NCBI GenBank assembly: GCA_016192645.1
Contig: JACPTT010000018.1
Location: 1-42,163, forward strand
DNA: 42,163 nt
From: Candidatus Levyibacteriota bacterium
GTDB taxonomy: Bacteria; Patescibacteriota; Microgenomatia; Levybacterales; UBA12049
Direction of reading: 5' to 3'
Position numbers and translations under genes: made by a program. Positions 16,678-24,622 of the stretch are shown one piece after another. Numbering within the stretch: position 1 is the stretch's first letter; the number at the start of each line of letters is the position of its first letter. Under the pieces are notes generated by a model, which saw only the letters and a list, made by a program, of their open reading frames with translations, had not been told where the DNA came from and ran no database searches.

Positions 16678-17936
16678 ACAAAATTAAAAAACTTTTGAAA
16701 ATTTTAGGACCGGGTTTTATTACCGGAGCATCCGATGATGACCCCTCAGGTATTGCCACTTATTCTCAGGCAGGGGCGCTTTTTGGATTTGGGCAACTTT
16801 GGACCGCGCCATTTTCCTTTCCGCTGATGACAGCCGTACAGGAAATGTGCGGCAGGATTGGGCTTGTAAGCGGAAAAGGCCTTGCCGGAGTAATACGAGC
16901 AAATTATTCAAAAAAGATTTTGTATCTTGCGGTTTTTCTTCTTGTAATTGCAAACACTATTAATATAGGAGCGGATTTAGGCGCAATGGCGGCATCTGCG
17001 CAATTATTAGTTGGTTTGCCATTTGTTTTTTGGTTATTGTTTATGGTTGCTATTACATTATTGCTTGAGGTCTTTGTTTCCTATAAAACCTATTCTAAAT
17101 ATCTTAAATATTTAACATTTGCCCTTTTTTCTTACGTGGCAACTGCTTTTGTTGTGAAGATTGATTGGCGAACGGTTTTTTTCTCAACAGTTCTTCCTCA
17201 ACTGGAGTTTAGCAAGGTATATCTTTTGAATATTGTGGCAATTTTAGGAACAACAATTTCTCCGTACCTTTTTTTCTGGCAGGCAAGTGAGGAGGTTGAA
17301 GAAGAAGTAGCACATCATAAGCTGCGAGCTATGGGCGCAGGACAGCCTAAGGTTGTCCCAAAAGATATTTCGCGGCTTCGACTGGATACGGCTATCGGAA
17401 TGTTTTTCTCAAATCTTATTATGTGGTTTATTATTATTACCGCGGGAGCAACCCTGTTTCCCCATGGAATAAGCGCCATAAAAAGCGCTTCTGATGCGGC
17501 AGCTGCATTAAAGCCTCTTGCCGGAGATCTTGCCTTTTTCCTTTTTGCCCTAGGCATTATTGGCACCGGTCTTTTGGCTGTACCAATACTTTGCGGTTCG
17601 GCATCGTATGCAATTTCTGAGAGCTTTGGATGGAAGGAAGGGCTTTATATGAAGCCCAAAAAGGCACCCGGCTTTTACGGTGTTATTATAATTGCTACGC
17701 TTATTGGAGTTTTGATTAATTTCATAGGAATAAGTCCTATTGCCGCCTTATATTATACGGCGGTTATTAATGGTATAATTGCCCCGCCGCTTTTGGTAAT
17801 TATCTTGCTTATTGCGAACAATAAAAAGATTATGGGAGAGCGGGTTAATAATAAATTACTTAATGCCTTAGGAATAATAACAGTCGCTGTTATGAGTGTT
17901 GCAGCTGCTGTCCTGCTATTTACATGGAAGAGTTAA
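16674..17936 (+). CDS. Nramp-family divalent metal cation transporter
   Basis: 420 aa and polytopic. N-terminal GPGFITGASDDDPSGIATYSQAGALFGFGQLW matches the Nramp/MntH-related signature region. Confidence 0.7.
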   Translation: MNKIKKLLKILGPGFITGASDDDPSGIATYSQAGALFGFGQLWTAPFSFPLMTAVQEMCGRIGLVSGKGLAGVIRANYSKKILYLAVFLLVIANTINIGADLGAMAASAQLLVGLPFVFWLLFMVAITLLLEVFVSYKTYSKYLKYLTFALFSYVATAFVVKIDWRTVFFSTVLPQLEFSKVYLLNIVAILGTTISPYLFFWQASEEVEEEVAHHKLRAMGAGQPKVVPKDISRLRLDTAIGMFFSNLIMWFIIITAGATLFPHGISAIKSASDAAAALKPLAGDLAFFLFALGIIGTGLLAVPILCGSASYAISESFGWKEGLYMKPKKAPGFYGVIIIATLIGVLINFIGISPIAALYYTAVINGIIAPPLLVIILLIANNKKIMGERVNNKLLNALGIITVAVMSVAAAVLLFTWKS

Positions 17937-18937
17937 GAGAAAGAGTAAATAAACTATTAGGAAAATTAAATATCGAAGAAAAAAAGAGAAAAGCGAGAGA
18001 GCTTGAGAAAGAAGCCGCAGACCCCTCTTTTTGGAAAGATCGACATATTGCTGCTGAAAAAATGAAGGAGCTAGCCAATCTTCAAAAAGAAATTACGGAG
18101 ATTGAAGAGCTTCAGGAGCTTATTGCTTCCGGTCAAGACGAGAAGGCGCAGAAACTTTTGGAAAAGCTTGAAGTCTTACTCTATTTTTCAGGACCTTACG
18201 ATGAGGGAGGAGCTATTCTTTCAATTCACTCGGGTCAGGGAGGAGTTGAGGCAATGGACTGGGCGCAAATGCTTTATCGAATGTATGCGCGGTTTTTTGA
18301 ACGAAAAGGGTGGTCGTTTGAAGTAATTGAAGAAACGCCGGGGGAGGAGGCAGGGGTTAAAAGCGTGGCTATTACAGTTGATGGAAAGCGCAGCTATGGC
18401 TATTTAAAAGGGGAGGCTGGCGTCCATCGTCTGGTTCGGCAATCTCCCTTTAATGCCGATAAGCTTAGGCAAACCTCCTTTGCCTTGGTTGAGGTTTTGC
18501 CGCAGATTGCGGAAGGTTCGGAAACTGCGATAAAAGAAGACGATTTAGAATGGGAGTTCTACCGGGCAAGCAGCAAAGGCGGCCAAAATGTGCAGAAGGT
18601 TTCCTCCGCTGTTCGTTTGCGTCATAAGCCATCAGGGATTGTGGTAACAGCGCAATCAGAGCGTTATCAAGGGCAAAATCGCGAGTATGCATTGAGAGTT
18701 TTGCGGGCAAAGCTTTGGTTGCGGCAAGAAGAGGAGCGAAAAATTGAAGAACAAAAGCTGCGGGGCGAATATAAAACTCCAGGCTGGGGCAATCAGATTC
18801 GTTCTTACGTCTTACATCCCTACCATATGGTAAAGGATTTGCGGACTGGTTTTGAAACAAGTAATACGGAGGCTGTTTTAGATGGAGATCTTGACGGTTT
18901 TATCGAAGCCGAACTTAGGGGGATAGGGTTGCCATAA
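17924..18937 (+). CDS. prfB: Peptide chain release factor 2, encoded in one continuous frame
   Basis: SPF tripeptide (RF2-specific) in RQSPFNADKLRQTSF, GGQ in SKGGQNVQKVSSAVRLRH. No in-frame TGA or CTTTGAC shift site near the N-terminus. Overlaps the upstream gene by 13 nt. Confidence 0.85.
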   Translation: MEELRERVNKLLGKLNIEEKKRKARELEKEAADPSFWKDRHIAAEKMKELANLQKEITEIEELQELIASGQDEKAQKLLEKLEVLLYFSGPYDEGGAILSIHSGQGGVEAMDWAQMLYRMYARFFERKGWSFEVIEETPGEEAGVKSVAITVDGKRSYGYLKGEAGVHRLVRQSPFNADKLRQTSFALVEVLPQIAEGSETAIKEDDLEWEFYRASSKGGQNVQKVSSAVRLRHKPSGIVVTAQSERYQGQNREYALRVLRAKLWLRQEEERKIEEQKLRGEYKTPGWGNQIRSYVLHPYHMVKDLRTGFETSNTEAVLDGDLDGFIEAELRGIGLP

Positions 18938-18981
18938 TTTAGAAAATATGGTTTACTTAAGGGGAGGTGAAAGCTTAGTTT

Positions 18982-19446
18982 ATGGATGATCAAACTACAG
19001 ATCAATTGGTTCATGACATGGTTCAAGCGCAAAAGCCACCATTTTTTTCCACAAAGCTAGTAGTCGCATTAATTATAGTGCTGTTGTTAGGAGGAGGGAG
19101 CGGGTATCTTTTGGCGCAAATAACGAAAGAAGGCGGTTTAGGTATTATTACTACAAATACCACAGGAGGGGGTTCATCGGCTACTGCAGGAACAGTGGTG
19201 GGATCAGACGATCTTAAGACTTTTAAAGACATTGCGGAAGGAAAACTGGAAAAAGGAGGAATTGATGGAGAGGGACAATTCCATTTAGTGCGGCCCGGAG
19301 GACAAAGTCAGAATGTTTATATGACTTCCTCCATTGTTGATTTATCGTTATTTATCGGAAAAAAAGTTAAAGTTTGGGGCGAGACGCAAAAAGCGCAGAA
19401 GGCAGGCTGGCTTATGGATGTTGGCAGAGTTGAAGTTTTAGAATGA
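18982..19446 (+). CDS. Hypothetical membrane-anchored protein
   Basis: 154 aa. SD GGGGAGGTGA upstream. One TM segment LVVALIIVLLLGGGSGYLLA followed by a Gly/Thr-rich segment. Confidence 0.5.
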   Translation: MDDQTTDQLVHDMVQAQKPPFFSTKLVVALIIVLLLGGGSGYLLAQITKEGGLGIITTNTTGGGSSATAGTVVGSDDLKTFKDIAEGKLEKGGIDGEGQFHLVRPGGQSQNVYMTSSIVDLSLFIGKKVKVWGETQKAQKAGWLMDVGRVEVLE

Positions 19447-19452
19447 TCTATT

Positions 19453-20139
19453 ATGATAAGACTTGATAAAGTTTCAAAAACCTTTAGCGCGGGATCTACT
19501 GCTCTTTCTGACATTTCTTTAAATGTAGAAAAGGGAGAATTTGTTTTTTTGGTTGGACCAACGGGGAGCGGTAAAACAACTGTTTTTCGCCTGCTTATTC
19601 GGCAAATGCTACCTTCAAAGGGCTCAATTGTTGTTGGCGGATGGGATATCCTCAAACTTCCCCATCGCAAGCTCCCAAATTTACGAAAAAAAATCGGCGT
19701 GGTGTTCCAGGACCTAAAACTTTTGTTTGACCGCACTGTTTTTGAAAATATTATGTTGCCTCTTGAGGTAGTTGGAGTAAGGCAAGAGGAGGCAAAAAAA
19801 AGAGTTGGTGAGGTAATGTCGCAAGTTGGAATCTCCAATCACAGAAACAAATTTCCCATCCAGCTTTCAGGCGGAGAGCTACAGCGAACTGCAATCGCAA
19901 GAGCCTTGGCTCTTTCTCCGGATATTCTTTTAGCAGATGAGCCAACCGGCAATTTAGATCCCGCAACATCTAATGAGATCGTAAAGTTGTTGTCCGAGAT
20001 TAACAAAAAAGGAACAACGATTGTTATGGCAACACATAATGTTGAAGTTGTAAATAAGTTTGCAAAACGCGTCGTTGCCTTGGATAAAGGAAGACTTACC
20101 AAGGACGAGAAGAAAGGAAAATATGCAGCGGCATCTTAA
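19453..20139 (+). CDS. ftsE: Cell division ABC transporter ATP-binding protein FtsE
   Basis: Walker A GPTGSGKTT, ABC signature LSGGELQR, Walker B ILLADEPTGNLD. Followed by ftsX. Confidence 0.85.
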   Translation: MIRLDKVSKTFSAGSTALSDISLNVEKGEFVFLVGPTGSGKTTVFRLLIRQMLPSKGSIVVGGWDILKLPHRKLPNLRKKIGVVFQDLKLLFDRTVFENIMLPLEVVGVRQEEAKKRVGEVMSQVGISNHRNKFPIQLSGGELQRTAIARALALSPDILLADEPTGNLDPATSNEIVKLLSEINKKGTTIVMATHNVEVVNKFAKRVVALDKGRLTKDEKKGKYAAAS

Positions 20140-20992
20140 GACAGCATGGCATCATATAAGGCGCTACCCCTACCAGACATCGGCGGCAGTTTTGATTATG
20201 ACCTTAACATTTTTTGTTATCTCGGCTTTTACATTTATTATTTTGGGTTCATCAAAAATCATTTCTTTTTTTGAGTCCAAACCTCAGGTGACGGCCTTTT
20301 TTAGGGAGGAAACAAAACAGGAAAATATAGATGCGCTTAAGGACCAGTTAAATGCAACCGGAAAGGTTGCGGCAATCCGCTTTGTTTCAAAACAGGAAGC
20401 GATTGAACTTTATACTCAGCAGAATAAAGACGACCCCCTGCTTTTGGAGTTTGTAACAGCAGATATTCTGCCAGCATCCTTGGAAATATCAACGGTTAAG
20501 ATCGATGATTTGTCAGGAATTTCGGAGATGCTAAAGCAATCACCATTTGTGGAGAATGTAATTTTCCAAAAAGATGTTGTTTCTACCTTGACAGCCTGGA
20601 CAAGCGCAATCAGAAAGATTGGGGTAGCCCTTATCGCAGGCCTTTCTCTTGTTTCAATTTTTATTATGGCAACGATTATTGGGATTAAAATATCGCATAA
20701 GAAAGAGGAGATTGAAATAATGCGTTTAATTGGCGCAACCTCTTGGTATGTGCGCTGGCCGTTTCTTTTTGAGGGCGTATTTTATGCAGTTTTGGGTGCG
20801 TTTTTGGGTTGGTTTGTTGCTTCGGGAGTGCTTTTGTACGCAACTCCCTTTTTGTCAACTTTTTTGCAGGGTGTTCCGCTTCTTCCGGTTCCCCCGCTGT
20901 TTCTTTTAGGGTTGCTAGGTGTGGAATTTTTGTTTGCAATAATTTTAAGCATTTTTTCCAGCTTTTTGGCAGTCCTTCGGTATTTGAAATAA
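20123..20992 (+). CDS. ftsX: Cell division permease-like protein FtsX
   Basis: Track ORF starts at 20060. ATG 20123 (MQRHLKTAWHHIRRYP) follows AGAAAGGAAA and overlaps ftsE by 17 nt. Typical FtsX topology: TM, periplasmic domain, three C-terminal TMs with LIGATSWYVRWPF. Confidence 0.8.
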   Translation: MQRHLKTAWHHIRRYPYQTSAAVLIMTLTFFVISAFTFIILGSSKIISFFESKPQVTAFFREETKQENIDALKDQLNATGKVAAIRFVSKQEAIELYTQQNKDDPLLLEFVTADILPASLEISTVKIDDLSGISEMLKQSPFVENVIFQKDVVSTLTAWTSAIRKIGVALIAGLSLVSIFIMATIIGIKISHKKEEIEIMRLIGATSWYVRWPFLFEGVFYAVLGAFLGWFVASGVLLYATPFLSTFLQGVPLLPVPPLFLLGLLGVEFLFAIILSIFSSFLAVLRYLK

Positions 20993-21011
20993 TATTTAAG
21001 ATGTATGGCAT

Positions 21012-22223
21012 ATGAGTCTTTTGACGAAAAAATGGATAGCTCTTTTCTTCCTTGTCACATCTTTGGTTTTTCTCAATAATAATTTCACAAGCGCACAAGA
21101 GCCAACGCCAACTCCAACACCAACTATAGCTCCTGATACATCTTCGGACACGCTTCTTAAAGATCTTCAAAACAGGATAAACGAGCTAGAAAAGAAAGTT
21201 GCCGATCTTCAGAGTCAAGAGCGAACTCTTTCTTCTCAAATTGCAATTATGGATAGTCAGATAAAATTAACGCAGCTTCGAATTAACGCAACAAAGCAAG
21301 AAATAGAGGAGATAACCGCAGATATTGAAATAACAACGGAAAAAATATTAAGTCTTGAGGAGTCTTTGGATAAAATCACAAAAGTACTTATCAACAGAAT
21401 TGTTGCTACCTATCGGGTGGGAAGCATTCAGCCTTTGCAGATTTTACTTTCCTCAAATACGGTATCGGATTTCTTTACGCGAGCAAATTACTTGCGGATT
21501 GCGCAAGCGAATGATAAGAAGCTAATTTTTGCAACCCAGCAGGCAAAAAATGATTATAGTAACCAAAAAGAAATTTTCGAAGACAAGAAAGATAAGGTAG
21601 AAGCTCTAAAGAAACAGCTAGAGGCATATACCGCGCGCCTTGATCAGGAAAAGAAAAGCAAAGAGGTTCTTTTAGAAATAACAAGAAATGATGAAGAGCG
21701 TTATCAAGAGCTTTTGCAAAGACTGCGGGCAGATGCCGATTCTATCCGCCGCGCTATATCTAACGTTGGAGTCTCAATAGGACTTAAGAAACGAGGGGAG
21801 AAAATTGCTAACGTTGGAAGCTCTGGATGTTCTACCGGACCACATTTGCATCTTGAGGTATTTGAAAATGCAAGAGTTGCTAATGGAAGGGTTGAAGGCA
21901 ATAGGGTTGATCCAAAGCCATTTTTGGATGATGGGAGATTTTTTAAGGTAGTTGATTTTTATGACGGTAAATATTGGAAAGAAGGAGGGAGCATTACGAC
22001 ACTTTTTAATGAATTTTATAATATTTTTGGTGCTGCAACTGCCCATACTGGACTTGATATTGCAGGTCCGTACGGATCTCCAATTTATGCTGCGGCAGAC
22101 GGAGAGGCTTATTTGGCATCCGCATCCTGTCCCTATCAAATTCAGGGAGGAACATCGGTTGGAAGAGGAATTATTATGGATCATAAAAATGGCTATGTCA
22201 CCCTCTACTGGCACATACCTTAA
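21012..22223 (+). CDS. Secreted coiled-coil protein with an M23/LytM peptidase domain whose motif order is reversed (EnvC/PcsB-like FtsEX partner)
   Basis: Signal peptide, PTPTPTPT linker and a long heptad-rich region. Then GSSGCSTGPHLHLEV (HxH, nt 21843..) comes before AHTGLDIAGPYGSPIYAAADG (HxxxD, nt 22044..), and the ORF ends at YVTLYWHIP. Confidence 0.7.
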   Translation: MSLLTKKWIALFFLVTSLVFLNNNFTSAQEPTPTPTPTIAPDTSSDTLLKDLQNRINELEKKVADLQSQERTLSSQIAIMDSQIKLTQLRINATKQEIEEITADIEITTEKILSLEESLDKITKVLINRIVATYRVGSIQPLQILLSSNTVSDFFTRANYLRIAQANDKKLIFATQQAKNDYSNQKEIFEDKKDKVEALKKQLEAYTARLDQEKKSKEVLLEITRNDEERYQELLQRLRADADSIRRAISNVGVSIGLKKRGEKIANVGSSGCSTGPHLHLEVFENARVANGRVEGNRVDPKPFLDDGRFFKVVDFYDGKYWKEGGSITTLFNEFYNIFGAATAHTGLDIAGPYGSPIYAAADGEAYLASASCPYQIQGGTSVGRGIIMDHKNGYVTLYWHIP

Positions 22224-22231
22224 GTTTTAAA

Positions 22232-23134
22232 ATGAAACTGGCAAAGTTATGGGCTGTCTTTTTTCTTTTTTTCTTGTTCTTTCTTTTCCCGCAAAAAACC
22301 TTCGCAGCTTTTAGTTTCAGCATTGATAGTACCAGCGCAGGAGTAGTCTCTTCAGGAGATCAAGAAGTAGATGTAAATTTAAGTATTGTTGATCTTCCAA
22401 GCGAGTCGTATTTTAGGGTTGCTTTGCAGAAAGAAAGCGGAGGTTCTTACTATGGATATGTGAAGAACAATAATGGAGATTGGGTAGCAATTCAGCCTTT
22501 TAGCGCTGACTGTTCGGTATATTACAGAGCGAGCGATACTTCAATTATTTCTCTACAACTTCAGTTTAAATTGGGAGCTAACGAAATAGATAATGGTAGC
22601 TATAATCTTAAGGCGCACAGATTTACAAGCACAGGTAGCTGTAGCTCAACAAAAGCTACAAATGATTATGCTGTTACAGTTTCGTTGTCTACGCCAACTT
22701 CAACTCCCACTCTCGTTCCAACGAACACTCCTGTTCCAACCGCAACAAGTGTTCCGACGCCGACGAAGACCCCAACGCCGGCTCCCGTAAAAACTCCCAC
22801 GCCGACTCCAAAATCGGGGTCAACCAGTGGTTCGGGGACAACATCAACACCGGTTCCTACAAAAGTTTTAGCGTTTTCCTCTCAAGCTGCAGGCGGGAGC
22901 GGAAATATCAATACCGCAGTTTCTCCAACAGTGAATCTAAGCCCAACCCCGACCAAATCGGAATCAACTAAAAAACCAACGCCAACCCCGATTAAATCGG
23001 GACAAACGGCAGTTCTTGGGGTTGCCCAAAGCAATCTTTCAAAAATCTTGATAGGACTTGGTGTTGTTTTTCTTGCCGCATGCGGTATAATTGCCTTTCG
23101 CTCGTTTAGAAAAGAGGACGGACCCATGCTTTAA
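22232..23134 (+). CDS. Hypothetical surface protein: signal peptide, beta-rich domain, Pro/Thr-rich stalk, C-terminal TM anchor
   Basis: N-terminal LWAVFFLFFLFFLF..FA, PT-rich STPTSTPTLVPTNTPVPTATSVPTPTKTPTPAPVKTPTPTP, C-terminal ILIGLGVVFLAACGIIAFRSFRK. Confidence 0.55.
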   Translation: MKLAKLWAVFFLFFLFFLFPQKTFAAFSFSIDSTSAGVVSSGDQEVDVNLSIVDLPSESYFRVALQKESGGSYYGYVKNNNGDWVAIQPFSADCSVYYRASDTSIISLQLQFKLGANEIDNGSYNLKAHRFTSTGSCSSTKATNDYAVTVSLSTPTSTPTLVPTNTPVPTATSVPTPTKTPTPAPVKTPTPTPKSGSTSGSGTTSTPVPTKVLAFSSQAAGGSGNINTAVSPTVNLSPTPTKSESTKKPTPTPIKSGQTAVLGVAQSNLSKILIGLGVVFLAACGIIAFRSFRKEDGPML

Positions 23135-23167
23135 TGATTTAAATCATTAAAGCAACAATAGTCGAAA

Positions 23168-23662
23168 ATGAGAGAAGAAATATTTATTACAAGCAGTTAT
23201 GAAGAAACTCAAAAGATTGCACAAGAAATGACAAAGGGGTTGAACCCCTTTAGGGGTTCAACCCCTACTAAGGCACTGGTAATTGCCCTATATGGAGAAC
23301 TGGGAAGTGGAAAAACGACTTTTGTTCAAGGGTTGGCAAGAGGACTTGGGATAAAAAGAAGAATTATATCGCCAACGTTTATTATTGTACGTTCGTACAA
23401 AATCAAAAATCAAAAATCAAAAATCAAAATTACAGATCAAAGTTCAAAAATTTTTTACCATACCGACCTTTATAGGATACAATCAGTTAAAGACTTAGAA
23501 GGATTAGGACTAGGAGAAATAATAAATAATCAAAATAATATAGTTGTAATTGAGTGGGCGGAAAAAATAGCAGAGTTACTGCCAAAAAATAGAATGGATA
23601 TAGAATTTGAATATGTGGACGAGAATAGGAGAAAGATAACGATAAAAAGGTTGTCATCCTGA
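23168..23662 (+). CDS. tsaE: tRNA t6A37 biosynthesis ATPase TsaE, carrying two repeat-derived insertions
   Basis: P-loop GELGSGKTTFVQGLARGLG, SPTFIIV, YHTDLYRI and VVIEWAE. Insert 1 is GLNPFRGSTPT (palindrome). Insert 2 is KIKNQKSKIKI (heptamer array). Confidence 0.75.
   Translation: MREEIFITSSYEETQKIAQEMTKGLNPFRGSTPTKALVIALYGELGSGKTTFVQGLARGLGIKRRIISPTFIIVRSYKIKNQKSKIKITDQSSKIFYHTDLYRIQSVKDLEGLGLGEIINNQNNIVVIEWAEKIAELLPKNRMDIEFEYVDENRRKITIKRLSS
23235..23266 (+). repeat. Perfect 14-bp inverted repeat with a 4-nt loop inside tsaE
   Basis: AGGGGTTGAACCCC-ttta-GGGGTTCAACCCCT, read directly from the sequence. Confidence 0.9.
23399..23433 (+). repeat. Heptanucleotide tandem array (AAAATCA)x4 + AAATTAC inside tsaE
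   Basis: Direct reading of acaaaatcaaaaatcaaaaatcaaaaatcaaaattacag. Confidence 0.9.
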
Positions 23663-23675
23663 CAAAAAGAAGATT

Positions 23676-24272
23676 ATGCAGCAAGATATTGAAAAAGCCA
23701 TTAAAGTTTTTAAAAATGGTGGGATTGTAATCTTTCCAACGGACACCGCTTTTGGCATCGGGTGCAGGATGGATGACGAAAGAGCTGTTAAGCGATTATT
23801 CGAGGTTCGGAAAAGACCAAAAAAGCAGGCAGTTTCAGTTCTTGTTCATACTATTGATATGGCTCAGGAGTATTTACAGCCTATTCCCCAGGAAGTTTTT
23901 GATAAACTCATTAGTCAATATTGGCCTGGAGCTCTTACTATTATTCTTTCGTGTAAAACCGAGAAAGTCCCAAGTCTTGTTAGAGGTGGAGAAAACAGGT
24001 TGGGCGTTCGAATTCCCAATCACCCTGTTATTTTAGAAATCATCCGTGAGGTTGGAGTTCCAATCCTGGGGCCGTCGGCGAACTTCCATGGTAAAGAAAC
24101 CCCCTATGTGTTTTCGGATCTTGATCCAAGGCTTATAGAGCTTGTTGATTTTGTAATTTCGGGAGAAACGAGTTTGATTAGACAACCGTCAACGGTGATT
24201 GACTGTTCAGTTTCGCTTTGGAAAATAGTACGGCAGGGCGCTGTCAAATTAAAAATTAAAAGTGAAAAATGA
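23676..24272 (+). CDS. tsaC: L-threonylcarbamoyladenylate synthase (YrdC/TsaC type)
   Basis: 198 aa. VIFPTDTAFGIGC, SVLV, GPSANFHGKE and PSTVIDC are typical of the YrdC domain. Confidence 0.8.
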   Translation: MQQDIEKAIKVFKNGGIVIFPTDTAFGIGCRMDDERAVKRLFEVRKRPKKQAVSVLVHTIDMAQEYLQPIPQEVFDKLISQYWPGALTIILSCKTEKVPSLVRGGENRLGVRIPNHPVILEIIREVGVPILGPSANFHGKETPYVFSDLDPRLIELVDFVISGETSLIRQPSTVIDCSVSLWKIVRQGAVKLKIKSEK

Positions 24273-24301
24273 AAAATTACAAAGAAAAAACAAAAAATAT
24301 T
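24246..24301 (+). repeat. Degenerate 7-nt-periodic A-rich tract (8 units of the form AAAnnnn) spanning the tsaC stop and tsaB start
   Basis: Phased units: aaattaa|aaattaa|aagtgaa|aaatgaa|aaattac|aaagaaa|aaacaaa|aaatatt. The ATGA stop/start overlap at 24269..24272 lies inside it. Confidence 0.6.
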
Positions 24302-24610
24302 ACTTTAATTATAGATACTGCAAGCAGTGAAAAGGTTATTGTTGAGTTAAAGATTAATAATCGAAGGTATAAAGCACAGCGAAAGATTGATCAGAGAAAG
24401 GCTCAGGCAGTTTTACCAATAATCAAGACCATTTTGGAAAAACATAAAATTTCGCTTTCGGATATTCAAAATATTAAAGTGAATCAGGGGCCGGGTTCAT
24501 TTACGGGTTTAAGGGTTGGGATTTCGGTTGCAAATGCGCTTTCGTTTGCCCTAAAGATTCCGTTTAACAAGAAAAAAGTAGGAGAGTTTGTCCAAGCTTT
24601 ATATGAATGA
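24269..24610 (+). CDS. tsaB: TsaB-like protein, N-terminal half only (113 aa)
   Basis: LIIDTAS, then NQGPGSFTGLRVGISVANALSFAL, which is the TsaB/YeaZ signature. The ORF stops about 100 aa short of usual TsaB length. Confidence 0.65.
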   Translation: MKNYKEKTKNITLIIDTASSEKVIVELKINNRRYKAQRKIDQRKAQAVLPIIKTILEKHKISLSDIQNIKVNQGPGSFTGLRVGISVANALSFALKIPFNKKKVGEFVQALYE

Positions 24611-24622
24611 TATACTGGTTGT

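Noticed and set aside
16674-17936. Recoded genetic code (UGA as a sense codon), as in some CPR lineages
   Set aside because: RF2 is encoded, and TGA terminates several well-delimited genes with stop-start overlaps (e.g. 16675..16677, 28347..28349 and 33423..33425). Conserved proteins have normal lengths under code 11.
17924-18010. Programmed +1 frameshift site expected in many bacterial prfB genes
   Set aside because: The RF2 ORF is continuous from its ATG. No in-frame TGA or CTTTGAC-type site is present in the first ~30 codons.
19317-19838. Long antisense ORFs opposite well-supported genes (this one at 173 aa, plus 438..845, 18465..18860, 20685..21170, 21774..22214 and 29418..29849)
   Set aside because: Each lies entirely within a + strand gene with clear family motifs (ftsE, tdh, prfB, ftsX, M23, ugd). 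Their translations are low-complexity or Ser/Pro/Leu-rich with no motifs, as expected for shadow ORFs.
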